The notes beneath the pieces are model-generated. The model was not told the DNA's origin. It ran no database searches and saw only the letters and a program-made list of their open reading frames with translations. DNA of 64,000 nt from Octopus vulgaris (taxonomy: Eukaryota), in contig OX597816.1 in the NCBI GenBank assembly GCA_951406725.2, positions 20,026,001 through 20,090,000 on the forward strand, written 5' to 3'. Within the stretch, counting starts at the first letter, position 1; the number at the start of each line of letters is the position of its first letter. Made by a program: the position numbers and the translations under genes. Of the stretch, positions 28,046 to 47,462 are shown one piece after another.

Positions 28046-28440
28046 ATAAACTTAGATAAACTTAGATATGTTTCGACCAAAGATTGGTCCAGGCCATGTC
28101 TAACTTAATAGCACCACCTGATAGGATTATTCGAATCCTGTTTAAGTCAGGTTTTGTTCAAGTAGTGAGTTCTTGTTGGGTGAGTTGTATCCAATTATGG
28201 GTGGCTTATCTGGTATTCTTTCAAGGAATCTATCCAGACTCCGTTTAAAGTTGATGGGATCCTTTTCCTCTTTGATCTCCCTCGAGACAATGTTAAATAT
28301 GGCAGGGCCTGTTGAGCAAAATAAATTATGTTGCAGTGTACATGTATGTTGTGATCTTGAATTGGGAAGGGGACGTATGGCCCGTGGTCCCAGTCTTGGA
28401 TGAACCTTGAAGCTAATGTTTAGGTCGTTTGGGGAAAGTT
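28046..28440 (-). mobile_element. CR1-group LINE 3' fragment related to the 35.1-37.2 kb element
   Basis: Minus translation [21 protein letters not shown]...SLDRFLERIPDKPP..NKNSLLE; 3' UTR aggccatgtctaacttaatagcaccacctg is identical to about 35080-35108. Confidence 0.85.
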
Positions 28441-29595
28441 GGCGGCGCTTCCTTCATTTGCAACTCTAGACAAGCGATAACGTTAGGAAGATGAGATGAT
28501 GGCGACAATAACGACAACGACGACGCGACGGTGAGGAAGATGATAAGGATATTTGTGAAATTTGAAAGCAGAATAACAAAAATGGCAACATGAGTGTGAT
28601 AACTATATGATATCGTTTGCAACGTTTGTGATTGATTTTTAAGTAGATTCAACTTTGAGTTTTGTTTTATAATATCGCAGAAACTATGGAAATCTTTTAC
28701 TTTATTTGTTATGCTTGCAAAATCCTCGTCTCTATATTTACATTGCTTCTGAGCTAATTTATAAACATTTATTATTTTTAGTATGTTTAGTTGCCTATTC
28801 TTAATATATGGAGTAGAATTATATACGACTTGTCTATAACTATATTTTTATTCTTCATAACTTTCTTGAATATGAAGAGAACTTACAATGCAATTTACTT
28901 TAGGCATTACATAAATTTACATTGTATTCTGAAGTCTGCCACTAACATAAATTTCTGTCGTTTGTCTTTACAAAATATTCCTAGACATGACGTTAGTATT
29001 GTGCAAAATTCGACTTTATTTTTCCCATGTAACTAAATAAATGTCATATAAAATTACACTGAATGTTAGATGAATTAAAACGTTTTTTTTTTTTAATATT
29101 CTAAATACTTGTTTTGAAAACAATGATCAGGTATTCTCAAATGTGCCTGTACATTTTCTAATCAAATATGACACTTCACAAACAACTCTAAAATATACAC
29201 TTCTATCAAACGTTTAGATCTTTCAGTTGTAGAAAATTTTTTTTAATATAGTTAGCTACATCAAAGATTAATTAGTCTGCTGCGTCCATTCCATTCTTGC
29301 AAGTTGTTATATTTGATCAGCCTTTGCTGGTTCCTTACTCTCTCATTCTAGGTTCTGATCGAGTGGATCTATGATGTAAAGTGATTTTTCCAACTGTGAC
29401 ACACAGACACACACTTGTCTTAATTTTATCGCAAGCATTATTGTCCACCATGTCTTTCCTTTCTTTAAAATCATAGAGTATGATTTGAAAAACATTTGAG
29501 AGAAGCATTCATTAAAGCCCCATGAAATCATAACTTATCAACGCAGGAAAAGTACAGAGAGGATAACGGAGTCCATAACAAAATAATATCATAGC

Positions 29596-30468
<873 letters not shown>

Positions 30469-30682
30469 GGTAAATGGGATACGAAGACGGACGATACGAG
30501 AATGAATTTTTGATAATCACTAAAATTGTTTCGATGCATCTAGGATCGATCCCTCACGGGTGGGATTACTTAACAACTGGTTCAGGTACATCCGACTGTG
30601 CATATGTTTTTTTTGATTATATATATATTTATAATGAATATTTATATATACATACATACTTATATATATATATACAGTCACA

Positions 30683-30739
<57 letters not shown>

Positions 30740-30740
<1 letters not shown>

Positions 30741-30915
30741 ATTCCCCAAAAGAACAAACGCAAAAATACAACAACGCGAGGACGTAGTACATGTAAAGTA
30801 TTAGTAGAGGCTCAGGAAAGGAAAGATGATTTAACGTTTCGAGCAAACGCTTTTCTTCGGAAACGGAGGCAATACCAAGAGGAGGGGAAATGGAAGAAGA
30901 AAATCGCCAACGATC
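30740..30915 (-). mobile_element. Penelope-like terminal-repeat fragment, second copy
   Basis: caacgcgaggacgt..gctcaggaaag..tttaacgtttcgagc is shared with 3722-3940. Confidence 0.5.
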
Positions 30916-31449
30916 TATTTCACATAGCTGTAGAAATGAGTTGCGATATCACTCATGCAAAGCTGTAATGTCTTTTGCATTACCCTTGAATAACATCGGC
31001 GTCATGGTGAAGGGGCTGGTACGCATGAGCGATTGCTGGCCTTCCATGAACACTTTCCCGGTCTTATACCTTGCAGGTGAACTCTCTCAGTGCAATCCCA
31101 TGGAGAATCCACTTGCTGTATATGTAAGTAAATCTTTGCCATTAGAAAAGGACAAAATTTCTATTTAATGATGACTTGAACGAGAATTCAGTAATATGGT
31201 AAGTGTGTAAAATTTTGGTCAATCTTTGGACATCTAATGTGATTTTAAAATAATTTTTTCCGTGCGCTCGCAGACACAGTTCTCACATGGTCGACAGGCA
31301 TGGAAAATGAGTATAAGTCTAACAAACTGCTTAGATTCTTTTTGCACTAACCTTCAGATGTACATAAATGTTGAGGAAAATACTTCCAAACTAAACGAAA
31401 TTTATCCGAATGTAACACACATATAATAAATCGAGTGAATGTAGAATGT

Positions 31450-31750
31450 TGTTTGTTCCTTCTCGAGCAATGCCTGGTTCACAAGGCCGGTTTTCTGGTT
31501 AATTGGCGTATTGGTTCCCCACCTGGACGGGACACCGGTCCGTCGCAGGTGAGTTGCAAGATGCAGGAGGAAAAAGTGAGAGAAAGTTCTGGTGAAAGAG
31601 TCAGCAGAAGTTCGGTATTACCTTCTGCCGGAGCCGCGTAGAGCTTAGGTGTTTCGCTCATAAACACACACATCGCCCGGTCTGAGATTGGAACTCACGA
31701 TCTCTCGACCACGAGTCCACTGCTCTAACCACTAGGCAATGTGCCTCCAC
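31450..31750 (-). mobile_element. tRNA-derived SINE, family 4, with 13-bp TSD
   Basis: Minus head gtggaggcacattgcctagtggttagagc..gagttccaatctc; TSD gaatgtagaatgt at 31437-31449 and 31751-31763. Confidence 0.9.
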
Positions 31751-32197
31751 GAATGTAGAATGTCCTTATATCAAATTCGATAAACCTTTGCAGGGTTTTA
31801 GAATTGCGTTCATGTTTCCCAGTTTCAAGTGGTTCGTTTAGTGGTTGTTTACGTATGATTTATTTTTATGGTATGTTAAGACGTTGTGGCATTCTAAGCT
31901 AGAAGTTTTCCTGTTGTTTGTGGGGGAAGATTGACAGGTAGAAAGGGTTATAGACTGAAGCTGCGCGTAATCACTAAAGTTTCGATCTTTGTCTTAATTG
32001 TTGTAGGAAATTATCAGGAAATGTTTGATAACGATTCCGTATTTTATTGTTGCACGGTGGATTATTTCAGGCTGTTCTCACTTCCGGTGTCACATAATGC
32101 TTTCAAATAGGGCGTTCATATTACATAGTTTTGTACATATTTTTCTATCTGGTTATTCATTGAATATTTGGCTAATTTCCCTGTCTATGTTTTATTC

Positions 32198-32385
32198 AAT
32201 TATTATTATTATTATTATCATTATTATTATTATTATCATTATTATCATTATTATTATCATTATTATTATTATTATCATTATTATCATTATTATCATTATT
32301 ATTATTATTATCATTGTTATTATCATTGTTGTTATCATTGTTGTTATTGCTGTTGTTGTTGATTTTGTTGTTGTTGTTGTTGCTT

Positions 32386-32438
<53 letters not shown>

Positions 32439-32443
32439 ATTAT
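32198..32443. repeat. (ATT/ATC)n grading into (GTT)n microsatellite
   Basis: Directly visible. Confidence 0.95.
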
Positions 32444-33261
32444 TTCCTCGTTAGTTTGTTTCATTAGGATGTAGCAGTAATACAGTGTCAACAGAACCAG
32501 ATATTACACGACGTAGCCGTAAACCTCGCCCAGCATTTAAATGTCTTCAAAGGAACCTGGAAATCCAAGCTCTCAGAATTTTTTAAATGACGTTCTTACT
32601 TACAGTAATTGAATCTGTGCTGTTTTCCAGCGATTCAGCCTGGCCCTTAAGCAAAAGGTAGGGCACTATGATGGACGGAACCTGTATGCACTGGCATTTG
32701 GCAAATGTTTGCATATGTCCTGGAAAGAACAGCCCACCTGCGAAAAATTGATACAAAATCTATGATGCCAGTGAAGAAGCTCTAACGTGGAAAGATCTGG
32801 TAAATGATATCTTACTTCGGACATATCGATAAAGTCCTTATTGCATTCTTTACATGTAAAGACACAGGTCAATAATTCTACTGCTAATAATCGATCTCAT
32901 CGACTGAAGATATCAAATCCTGTAGCAATAATACCTGGATGGAAGATCTCGAGTTCACGCCGAATCCGAAATCTCTAATTGAACACGACGAGATGCTGGT
33001 GGCTTCCAAATTTTTATTCTTACCGTATATAATGTTGTTGAGTTGTATTTAAGATTGTCGCAACAGGTTCATTCTCCCTGTCGTGCTATAAGTTTATATT
33101 GGTGTATGTTATATTGCGATGAGTCGGCAAAAATACTTATGATATATTTCGTTGTATATTTCTGAAATAAGCTTTCACTTATATATATATCCACTCATCA
33201 CGGACAGGCGTACAACGGCACACCTACCCACACACACATATATATATATGTGTGGGTATAT

Positions 33262-33311
<50 letters not shown>

Positions 33312-33344
33312 GGTATTAGTAAATATGTATATGTATATATATAT

Positions 33345-33388
<44 letters not shown>

Positions 33389-33389
33389 T

Positions 33390-33775
33390 CTTTTGTTCTT
33401 TTACTTGATTCAGTAATTTGACTGCGGCCATACTGGAGCACCGGCTTTAATCGAACAAATCGACAACAGGAGTTATTCTTTGTAAGCCTAATACTTTTTC
33501 TATCACACTTCTTTGTATAACTGTTAAGTTATGGGGACGTAAACACACCGACATTGGTTGTAATGGTGTGGTGGGGGAGATATAAAGACACACAAATACA
33601 TACTTGTATATATATATATGTGTGTGCGTGTTTCTGTGCGTGTATGTGTGAGTGCGCATACAACGGGCTTCTTTCCCGTCTTCCAAATACACTCACAAAG
33701 CGACGTAGTGGGACTGAACCTGAAGCCATGTGGTTGGGAATCAGGTTTCTTACCACACAGCCACATATGTGTTTG
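33390..33775 (-). mobile_element. Degenerate SINE, family 1
   Basis: gtgggactgaacc..cttaccacacagccac (head) and gactgcggccatactggagcacc (tail), inverted relative to 3281-3686. Confidence 0.7.
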
Positions 33776-33877
33776 GCTGTATGTGAAGTGCAGAATCAAT
33801 ATTCTTGGAAACGGTAGCATTGAATTAGGTGAGCTAAACAAATATTCTTGCGCACATAGGCATACATTCATGCAGTT

Positions 33878-35050
<1,173 letters not shown>

Positions 35051-37254
35051 CTTTGATAGGTTCGGCCATTATTGGCCCAGGCCATGTCTAACTTAATAGC
35101 ACCACCTGGTGAAGTCTTTCAAGTCAGAATTTGGGCACTATGGCCCACTCAAGTAGAGAGTTATTGTTTACAGAGACATATCCGGGTGTAGGGGGTTTAT
35201 CCGGGATTTCTTGAAGGAATCTGTCCAAAGACTTCTTGAACCCTATAGGGTCAGTTTCTGTTTTAATGTGTTTTGGTGTAATGTTAAAGAGAGCGGGGCC
35301 AATTGAGGTGAAATAATTGTGCCGTATTGTTGTTATGAGATGAGAGTGCGATTTTTGTTTTGGGCGGATGGCACGGGGCCCAAGCCTTGGATGTACCTTA
35401 AAGGTGATGCCAACATCATTTGGGCAATGCTGATGGAATATTTTCCACATCATGCAGATGATGTAGCGCTCACGACGACGTTGGAGAGAATAGAGTTTTA
35501 GCTTTTCTAGTCGACCCCAATAGTCGAGGCCTGTCATGCCATCTATCTTTTTTGTGATTGCCCTTTGAGGTGCTTCGACTTTTATGATACCTTGTATTGT
35601 GTGGGGAGACCACAGTGGACAACAGTATTCAAGGTGGGGTCGGGCAAAAGTGGAGAAGAGAAGGATAATGGTGTGGATATCTCTCGACTGGAAAGTTCTG
35701 AGAATCCAGGAACACATTCTGCGGGCCATGTCAACTTTGGTGTTTATATGAGTGGCCCAGCTTATGTTGTTGTCCACAATTACTCCCAAGTCTCTGATGT
35801 TGTTGGACGCCGCGAGAGTTTCACCTGAAGGAAGGGAGTATGGGAGTTTCAGGGCATCCTCTTTTCCAAAGTGGATTAGCTCAAATTTATCCTCGTTCAG
35901 CAGCATATTGTTTTTTTCTGCCCATTGGATAACAGCCAGTAGATCTGACTGAAGGCATGTCCGGTCACTCGCCTCATTTATGACCTTCTGTAGCTTGGAG
36001 TCATCTGCAAAGATTTTTATGTTGCTGTGCTTGATGATGTCATTAATGTCATTAATGTAAATGATGAAAAGAAGTGGGCCCAGCACAGTGCCTTGCGGAA
36101 CGCCACTACTGACTTTGGCTGGGCTTGATTTTACCCCTTCAACTACAACATGTTGAGATCTGTCTGTCAGGAAACACTTAATCCATTTCAGTAACTTTCC
36201 AGAGACACCAATGTTGGATAGTTTTTTCAATAGGATCTTGTGATCGACCCTGTCGAAGGCCTTACTGAAATCAAGGTAGATGACATCGGTGTTGGAGCCC
36301 TCTCCCAAAGCTCTCAAAATGTCCTCAAAGTGATGCAGGAGCTGCGTTAGGCAGTCCCTTCCATTACGGAACCCATGTTGGTTGGAGATCAGCCGTCTGT
36401 TGCTTTCCAGAAATTGGGTTATTTGAGATCTCACCACCCTCTCAAATACCTTGATGATATGAGAGGTGAGTGAGATCGGACGGTAATTCACTGCAAGGGA
36501 CTTGTTTCCCTTTTTGAAAACTGGGACAACAGACTGGGACAGAAGGTTTTTTGGAATATAGCCAGCATCCAGTGAGTTTCTCCACAGATTAGCAAGGGGA
36601 GATGCAAGTTGGTGTCGACACACCTTCAGGACACAAGCAGGGAACCTATCGGGGCCTACTGCTGAATTGTGTTTTATTTCGTTTATCGCCGCTAAGACAT
36701 CAGGGGCACTAAACGTTATGTCCGATATAGTGTGTTGGGGGTTGACATCACTGATACAGCCCAGATCGGCCATATCAGGATTGCTGAAAACAGAGCAGTA
36801 TTGTTTCTGCAGTATCTCGGCCATGGATTTGGCATTATCTTGGAGAGTGCCAGTTTCGTCAATTAGAGGGCCTACAGTGGAGACAGTGACCCTGCGTTTC
36901 CTCGCAAATGAAAAGAACACTTTGGGGTTGAGTTTGATTTTTTCAATGGCCCACTTCTCCTCAGCTGATCTTTGGTTATTGATGAGGGACTTCATGCATT
37001 GTTGGAGGTTATATTTTTTGGATTCAAGCAGTGCGATAGCCGTCGAATGTGTGTGTTGCTGTTGGCAGTACTTTAGTTTGTTAATTTTTTTGTTTGTTCT
37101 TTTTATTTTTCTGATAATGGTTTTTCTGTTTTGGGGGATTCTGCACTTTTTGTTCACAGGTCTTGGTGGGGAGTGTTTTGCACATATGTCTGTGACGGTG
37201 TCTACAAAGATCTGCCAAGATGTTTTATGGTTGGTGGAGATGTGTGTATGTGTG
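35051..37254 (-). mobile_element. 5'-truncated CR1-group LINE (family A)
   Basis: Open ORF2 fragment runs into the TA array at its 5' end; short 3' UTR ggtggtgct..catggcc; flanked by (TA)n. Confidence 0.9.
35124..37157 (-). CDS. LINE ORF2 reverse transcriptase, N-terminally truncated (no endonuclease)
   Basis: [42 protein letters not shown] motifs. Confidence 0.9.
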   Translation of the reverse strand: MNKKCRIPQNRKTIIRKIKRTNKKINKLKYCQQQHTHSTAIALLESKKYNLQQCMKSLINNQRSAEEKWAIEKIKLNPKVFFSFARKRRVTVSTVGPLIDETGTLQDNAKSMAEILQKQYCSVFSNPDMADLGCISDVNPQHTISDITFSAPDVLAAINEIKHNSAVGPDRFPACVLKVCRHQLASPLANLWRNSLDAGYIPKNLLSQSVVPVFKKGNKSLAVNYRPISLTSHIIKVFERVVRSQITQFLESNRRLISNQHGFRNGRDCLTQLLHHFEDILRALGEGSNTDVIYLDFSKAFDRVDHKILLKKLSNIGVSGKLLKWIKCFLTDRSQHVVVEGVKSSPAKVSSGVPQGTVLGPLLFIIYINDINDIIKHSNIKIFADDSKLQKVINEASDRTCLQSDLLAVIQWAEKNNMLLNEDKFELIHFGKEDALKLPYSLPSGETLAASNNIRDLGVIVDNNISWATHINTKVDMARRMCSWILRTFQSRDIHTIILLFSTFARPHLEYCCPLWSPHTIQGIIKVEAPQRAITKKIDGMTGLDYWGRLEKLKLYSLQRRRERYIICMMWKIFHQHCPNDVGITFKVHPRLGPRAIRPKQKSHSHLITTIRHNYFTSIGPALFNITPKHIKTETDPIGFKKSLDRFLQEIPDKPPTPGYVSVNNNSLLEWAIVPKF

Positions 37255-40642
<3,388 letters not shown>

Positions 40643-43546
40643 CAGAAATACACATGCCGCAATATGCAGTCATACGCACAGATAGAAAAGGGAGGAGCCA
40701 TGGTGGAGTTGCAATGTACATCCGAGATGACCTCACGCCCCAGGTCCTGCTGTCATATTCAAACTCAGTATGTGAAACTCAAATTGTACACATAAGACAA
40801 CTGAATATCGTCATATGCACTACATATCGCCCACCAGACGCCCCAAAACACTCAGGCATGTTTGAAGACTGCCTAACAAAAATAGGAGAAGTCCTCACCA
40901 ACCTTGAACAGCACAACAGTGTATTCTTCATGGGTGACTTTAACCTCCCCAATGTGGAATGGCCTGGGGGGCAGATGCTCCCAGGGATGACACACCATCA
41001 GCAGGCACAGGTGGAGTCCCTGCTCCATCTCACAAATACCTCTTTCATGGAGCAAATAGTTCTGCAACCAACAAGGGCAGATAATATACTGGATCTCTGC
41101 TTTACAAACAATATGGATATTATCCATAATGTTAATGTGATGCCGACAATGATCTCGGATCACAACATAATAGAGCTGTCTACGTATGGAACAAAAGCCC
41201 CCGCAGACACACAGCCTATACGAAGCACCCACCATCTCTCCAACTTAAACTTTCATAAAGCCAACTGGAAGTCGATTGAGAAAGAGATCCTCAAACAGGA
41301 TTGGCCTGAATGTCTCTCCACACCGGACATAAACATGAAACACAAACACTTCATGTCCATAATACAAGCCATATGTGACAAATATGTCCCAATGTGCAGG
41401 GCCAGCACACACAAGAATAAAAACAGGATCCCTAGAGAAAGGAGGATTCTTATGAGACGACGGACAAGGATTGCAAACCGCCTGAGCAAGCACACCAAAA
41501 GTGGTGAGAAGTCTCGGCTCGAAAGAATGCTAATGGAAACTGAGAAAAGTCTACATCAGTCCCATGAAAAGGAGAGAGCAGATAAAGAAGCTTGGGTAAT
41601 AGAAAATATAAAATCAAACCCTAAAGCTTTCTTTAAGTTTGCCAAAGAGACAGCCACAGTGCACCAGAGAATAGGACCTCTCTTCCAAAAAGATGGCTCT
41701 CTCACAGGAAATCCCACGAGGATAAGTGAAATACTGAACGAACAGTTCCAAAGTGTATTCACTACACCTCTAGGACACAGGCAAGTAAACAACCCAGAAG
41801 AATTCTTTGCCACTTTACCAGCGGCCAAAGAGACAAAAATTGAGTACATCAACATCGAAGAAGATGATATCACACTAGCCATTGATGAGATTGACACAAA
41901 CTCAGCTGCTGGACCTGATGGATTCCCAGCGATCCTTCTCAAATCGTGCAAACGAGCCCTTGCAAAACCGCTACAGCTTCTTTTTCAGAGCTTTCTTGCA
42001 AGTGGTAAGCTCCCAGTCAAACTGAAAGAGGGGGTAATATGCCCTATCCATAAGGGAGGTAGCAGAGCAGATGCTAAAAATTATAGGCCTATCTCTCTGA
42101 CCTCACACATCAGCAAAGTCATGGAACGAATAGTCCGTAAGAAACTAATCATGTTCCTTGAAGAAAATGACTTACTGTCTGACACCCAGCATGGATTTCG
42201 ACCAGGTAGAGGCTGCCTAACACAGCTCCTGCAACACTATGACTGGGTGTTGAAACAGCTACTAAATGGCTCAAATGTGGATGTAATATATCTTGACTTT
42301 GCAAAAGCCTTTGATAAAGTCGACCATGGTATGATCTGTCACAAACTGCGTGGTCTCGGCATAGGCGGGAAACTTGGAGAGTGGCTGCACAACTTCCTAA
42401 AAGACAGAAAACAGGCAGTTGTGAGCAATGGAGCCACCTCCAGGGAAACGCAAATAACAAGCGGTGTCCCACAGGGCACTGTCTTGGGGCCACTGATGTT
42501 CATAGTGGCCCTTTCAGACATGCCTTCAGTTGCTACGATGACCACCCTTGCTAGCTATGCAGATGACACAAAGGTCTCCCACGCAATACAGAACCCTGAA
42601 AATATTGCGCATCTGCAACATGAGCTGGACACAATATACAGGTGGGCTGAGGACAACAACATGCAGTTTAATGCAGGTAAGTTCCAGGCCCTGCGCTACT
42701 GGCACACAAAGGTAAATGACGTGAAGACTGGATACACTGGCCCAGGAAGAATTGCAATCCCTGAGTCAAAATCAGTGCGTGACCTGGGCATTGACATGAG
42801 CAATGATGCATCTTTCCAAATGCATATTGCTAATCTGGTGATAAAATGCAGACGGCTAGCTGGATGGATTCTCCGAACTTTCAGAACAAGAGAGAAGGAG
42901 ACACTGATGGTCCTATGGAAAACATTTGTCCTCAGCCGCTTGGACTACTGCTCCCAACTTTGGTCACCACACAATATAAAACAAACAGCAGAACTCGAAG
43001 CAACTCAGAGAAGCTACACAAAGAAAATCGTCTCAATGCAAAATGTCAGCTACTGGGAAAGACTGAAGGTATTAAACCTCTTCTCCCTGGAGCGGAGGCG
43101 GGAGAGATATGCAGTAATATACATCTGGAAAATCCTGGAGGGTCTTGTCCCAAACTTTGGCATTCAAAGTTACTCCAACCGCAGAACGGGCGCCGCTGCG
43201 TGGTGCCAAGGATTCCAACATCACCATCAAAATACAGGTCCAGATACTGCAACAGCTTGGGTTTCAGAGGACCACAGCTTTTCAACATCCTCCCTAAATG
43301 CCTGAGAGACTTACATGGTGTGGATGTGGGTTTCTTTAAAACTAAACTGGATCTCTTCTTGTTGGGAGTCCCAGATGAACCTACCTCACGACAGGAGACA
43401 CGGATGCGGGCAGCAGCATCGAACTCCCTTGTTGATCAAGTGCCACGTATCAGAGGTGGATTCACAAACTAGTGTGGCTCATTCAGCGGTGGTGCCCCAG
43501 CATGGCCGCGGCCTTCGGGCTAAAACATTTTTAAGGATTTAAGGAT
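40643..43546 (+). mobile_element. 5'-truncated CR1-group LINE (family B, copy 2)
   Basis: ORF2 with partial APE and RT; tail ggtggtgccccagcatggccgc..(tttaagga)2; flanked by (TA)n. Confidence 0.92.
40654..43472 (+). CDS. LINE ORF2 (partial APE endonuclease plus RT), frameshifted near the C-terminus
   Basis: DR..HGGV, YRPP, GDFN, LDL, SDH (APE); [18 protein letters not shown] (RT); the C-terminal [18 protein letters not shown] segment lies in ORF 42846-43472. Confidence 0.9.
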
Positions 43547-43591
43547 ATACGTATATATATATATATATATTTATATATATACGTATATATA

Positions 43592-43634
<43 letters not shown>

Positions 43635-43636
43635 CG

Positions 43637-43671
<35 letters not shown>

Positions 43672-43714
43672 ATTTATATATATATATACATATATACACA
43701 CATATATACATACG

Positions 43715-43756
<42 letters not shown>

Positions 43757-43822
43757 CGTATATATATATATATTTATTAATTTTATGAATAATGTACTTT
43801 TTCGTATACGTATATATATATG
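43547..43822. repeat. Degenerate (TA)n array
   Basis: Directly visible. Confidence 0.9.
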
Positions 43823-44197
43823 TATATCAAATGAACACACTGAAGACAGTATGTTTATTCCTTAAATTTGTTGCTTTTAAATAATTTTCTTTACAAAGCA
43901 TTCGCCATGCTAATCATATTTTATTGAACATCGTATTGATGCAGTACGAATGCGACTATTTAATGTGTGCCAGATGTGAACATCAACAGTAACATATGAA
44001 GTTATCTCTAAAAGTATAATTAAGTTCTAAGTTAAAATATAATTAAATGCATCTGTTAACTCAATCTTATAAATAAACAATACAAAATCGCTTCGTATAC
44101 TTTCTATTAGCTCTACTTGTAAAGAAATTAATTATATAGGATAAAATTAGCATATCTCTAGTTACATAAATTGGCACAAATAATGAGTTGTATTTTC

Positions 44198-44234
<37 letters not shown>

Positions 44235-44471
44235 TGCAATGAACAGTATTTGTGTCTATGCACTTTACCTGAGTGCATGCATACATACATATGCAAACGT
44301 GTCTTATGTAAGGTACATGTTAGTGAGTATCGTTATGCACACACATATGTATGCATATGAGTAAGAAAATGTGTATGTCCATATGTTTATCTAGACATTC
44401 ATACATAAATATATTTATACTATTTATTAGTGAGCACATGGCAATATACATTTACAAACATGATCACATAT

Positions 44472-44692
44472 ACTCCTTTACTCTTTTACTTGTTTCAGTC
44501 AGTTGACTGCGGCCATGCCTGAGCACCGCCTTTAGTTTACCAAATCGACTCCAGGACCTAATCGTTAAAAGCCTAGTACTTATTCTATCGGTCTATTTTG
44601 CCGAACCACTATATTACAGGGGACGCAAACAAACACACAAGCATCGGTTGTCAAGTGATGCTAGGGTGACAAATACAGACATACAAACACAC

Positions 44693-44762
<70 letters not shown>

Positions 44763-44925
44763 GACGGGCTTCTTTCAATTTCCGACTAGCAAATCCGCTC
44801 ACAAAGTTTTGGTGGGCCCGAGTATATAGTAGAAGACACTTGCCCAAGGTGCTACACAGTGGGGCTGAACCCAGGACCATGTGGCTGGTAAGCAAGCTAC
44901 TTACCACACAGGCAATCCTGTGCCA
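44472..44925 (-). mobile_element. tRNA-derived SINE, family 1
   Basis: Reverse-complement match to 3281-3686, including the tail gactgaaacaagtaaaagag. Confidence 0.85.
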
Positions 44926-45600
44926 TATATATGTAATTTTTCATTTTTATATTTATACTAGCATTAATGACCCGTCATTGCCGGGTTATAGTGCTAGTGC
45001 ATGTTTATACGTGTATATATATATGTGTACATATTACATGTACATCTATATATATACATCTACACATAAAATACAAAATACAAAGTTATATATTGATATC
45101 GCTAGTGATAACAATACTCAAAATATATAACAGACTGGAATTGTTAGCCCGTCTCTTTTAATTTTGATCAATTGTATCTTGTCCTCACACTTGTATAGAA
45201 GTGTAGCTACATTCCAGCCTACCTCTACTTCTGGGGCGGGGGCATTTTAAATTTTTTTCCGGGACGTCCTACGTCCCAGATATAAAGGTGAAAATAAAAT
45301 ATTTCCACTTTGCAAGTTCGAGTCGAGTACTCCCTTTCACGCTCCGTTGACTCGAACCTTGCTTCTATTGTGGCGAATTTATCGCCTCTGATTAGATACT
45401 TTTCATAGTCGCACCAAGACACTTTTCGAAGGTGCTTTCCTCCATGTGATTTCTTTATTACCCACTAAGGGGCTACGAAGAATGGCGGACATAACAAAAC
45501 ATGGGGACATAGAACATTATAATTAAACTTTATGAAAATGAATTGTTAAACGAAAAAAATGATAAAATGAAAGCGATACCAACGGCCCCGTCCGTCAGCA

Positions 45601-47014
45601 TCACTTACCTGTCCTTTGTTTTTCATAGTCACTTGAATGTTCTTTGTCAATACGAATAAATTCCATATCCATTCTTACTCCGAAATACTCATCCATATTT
45701 TCCACGAATTCATCGCTCATTCTTATATCTTTCACCTCCCAATTCTCCCTTTCACACCTCCCCATATACTCACCTATGTTCTTCTTTTCAATCACAGCAT
45801 ACCTAGTCTCTCCAACATCATACCATTTATACTCTTCCATTAGACTTTTAACTTCTTTCTGTTCAGTCATAGTACAAATGTACGGCCTGGGTTCGATTTC
45901 AATCTCTTGTGTGTGTGTATTCTTTTTTTCTTTTGTTTTCTTGTTGGGGGGAGCGGGTGGGTTCAATGTCTGCATGGATAGGGTGGGACTCAGAGGGTGT
46001 GGGTGGTTTTGGGGTAGATTGGAGTTCCATATTATTTTCTTTTTTTCCACGTATTCTTCTCTTCCTCTTACTTCCAGCTTCCTTCCATTTCTGTGTATTC
46101 TCTTCCTCTGTTTCCTTCTCCTCTGGTTTCTGCTTCTCTCTCTGGTTCGGAATCCATTTCTTTCCCTGGGGGAGGGCAGAAGGCTCTTATGTGACCCCTC
46201 AGGCCACACTTGTAACAACGTGGAGCCCTGCCCTCCACCCACACTCTCATGATCACGTCTCCCAGTCTGATGCTTTCCGTCAGGTCCACCAGTACCTCGG
46301 TCTCTGCCTGTACGTTCAGCTCCACCGTTACGCCTCTCCAGCCCTCGGACTTAACCGAGGCATGGAGAATATCCACTCGTCCTCGTGGCCGCTGATCACA
46401 GCCGCCACAATCCATTCTGCCTCCACGTTTGGTGGCACTCCCTCCACCCTTATTCGTGTAATCCTCCTGTTTAAATACGTAGGTAATAGGGTTACCTTTT
46501 CTGACTTCACCGCCTTCGCCGCCATCTTCCTCGCTGCAGTCTCAGTTTTGAAATGCACAACTACGGTACCGTACTTGGATCCTCGAGTCAGAAAATCTAT
46601 TTCCTCCTCAGTTCCTCGCAGGGCCTCCCGCATCCATTCCATGGTTACAACTTCCACCCTCCTCCCTTCGCCCGCGAACACCCTGCAAACAATGGTCCTC
46701 CCATCACACCATTCCCCTCTCCTGGGTGTCGGTGATAGTTCCACCTCACCGCCTTCCCCCTTCATGCATTTCTGGTAACTTGGCAACTTGGCCACGTCGA
46801 CCCCTCTCTCTTCCGCCTTCTTGGCCACACCGGCATAGGTATAACCCAGCCTCTTTTCCAAATTCCTTGCTGCCACTTCTAGCTCTTTCTCAGACGTAGG
46901 CAGGTCTGATAAAGACTCGAAAACTCCAGCCCTCTCTTCCATCAGCTTCATTGCAATTGCCTGTTCCAGTTCCTCATCTGTCGTGGACAAGTCTGTTAGA
47001 GACTCATAGTCCAC
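45601..47014 (-). pseudogene. Unit 1 Gag/ORF1-like zinc-knuckle protein (subfamily A), frameshifted, GTG start
   Basis: Fragments 46328-47014, 46068-46415 (CYKCGLRGHIRAFC) and 45601-46242. Confidence 0.8.
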
Positions 47015-47462
47015 TTCCCTCTGTCTGACAGACCGAGAACGGCCGCCAAAACAGAAAAAGTGTAACGCGCTGAACGAGCGAAACGCGAAACCGCGTCAAC
47101 GCCGTTCAGAATCTCCACAACAACAACAACGCTTTTTGTTCCCTCTTACCGAATTTCAGGAGCCGAAAAAAACACGGATTTTTTTATTACCCACAAGGGG
47201 CCACGAAGAGGGGGACATTACAAGACGGGACATGGGGTACATAAAATAAAATAAAATATGAAGTAAAGATGAATTATATGTAATGAGATGGAACGGCTTA
47301 CGAACCCCCAACTCGCAGTTCCGTTTAAAATACAATTGTACATTTCATATATTCCAATACAATTTTACAGTTACATATATTCCAGTACAATAATTTTTAC
47401 ATGTTAACATTCAAAATACAACTTTACATCATACAATTTTACAATTAACAATTCTAATTCTT

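Noticed and set aside
32025-32491. Poly-I/V/T ORFs
   Set aside because: Translations of a trinucleotide microsatellite
44957-44999. Small hairpin followed by ctagt (Helitron-like 3' end)
   Set aside because: Too short and no matching 5' end identified
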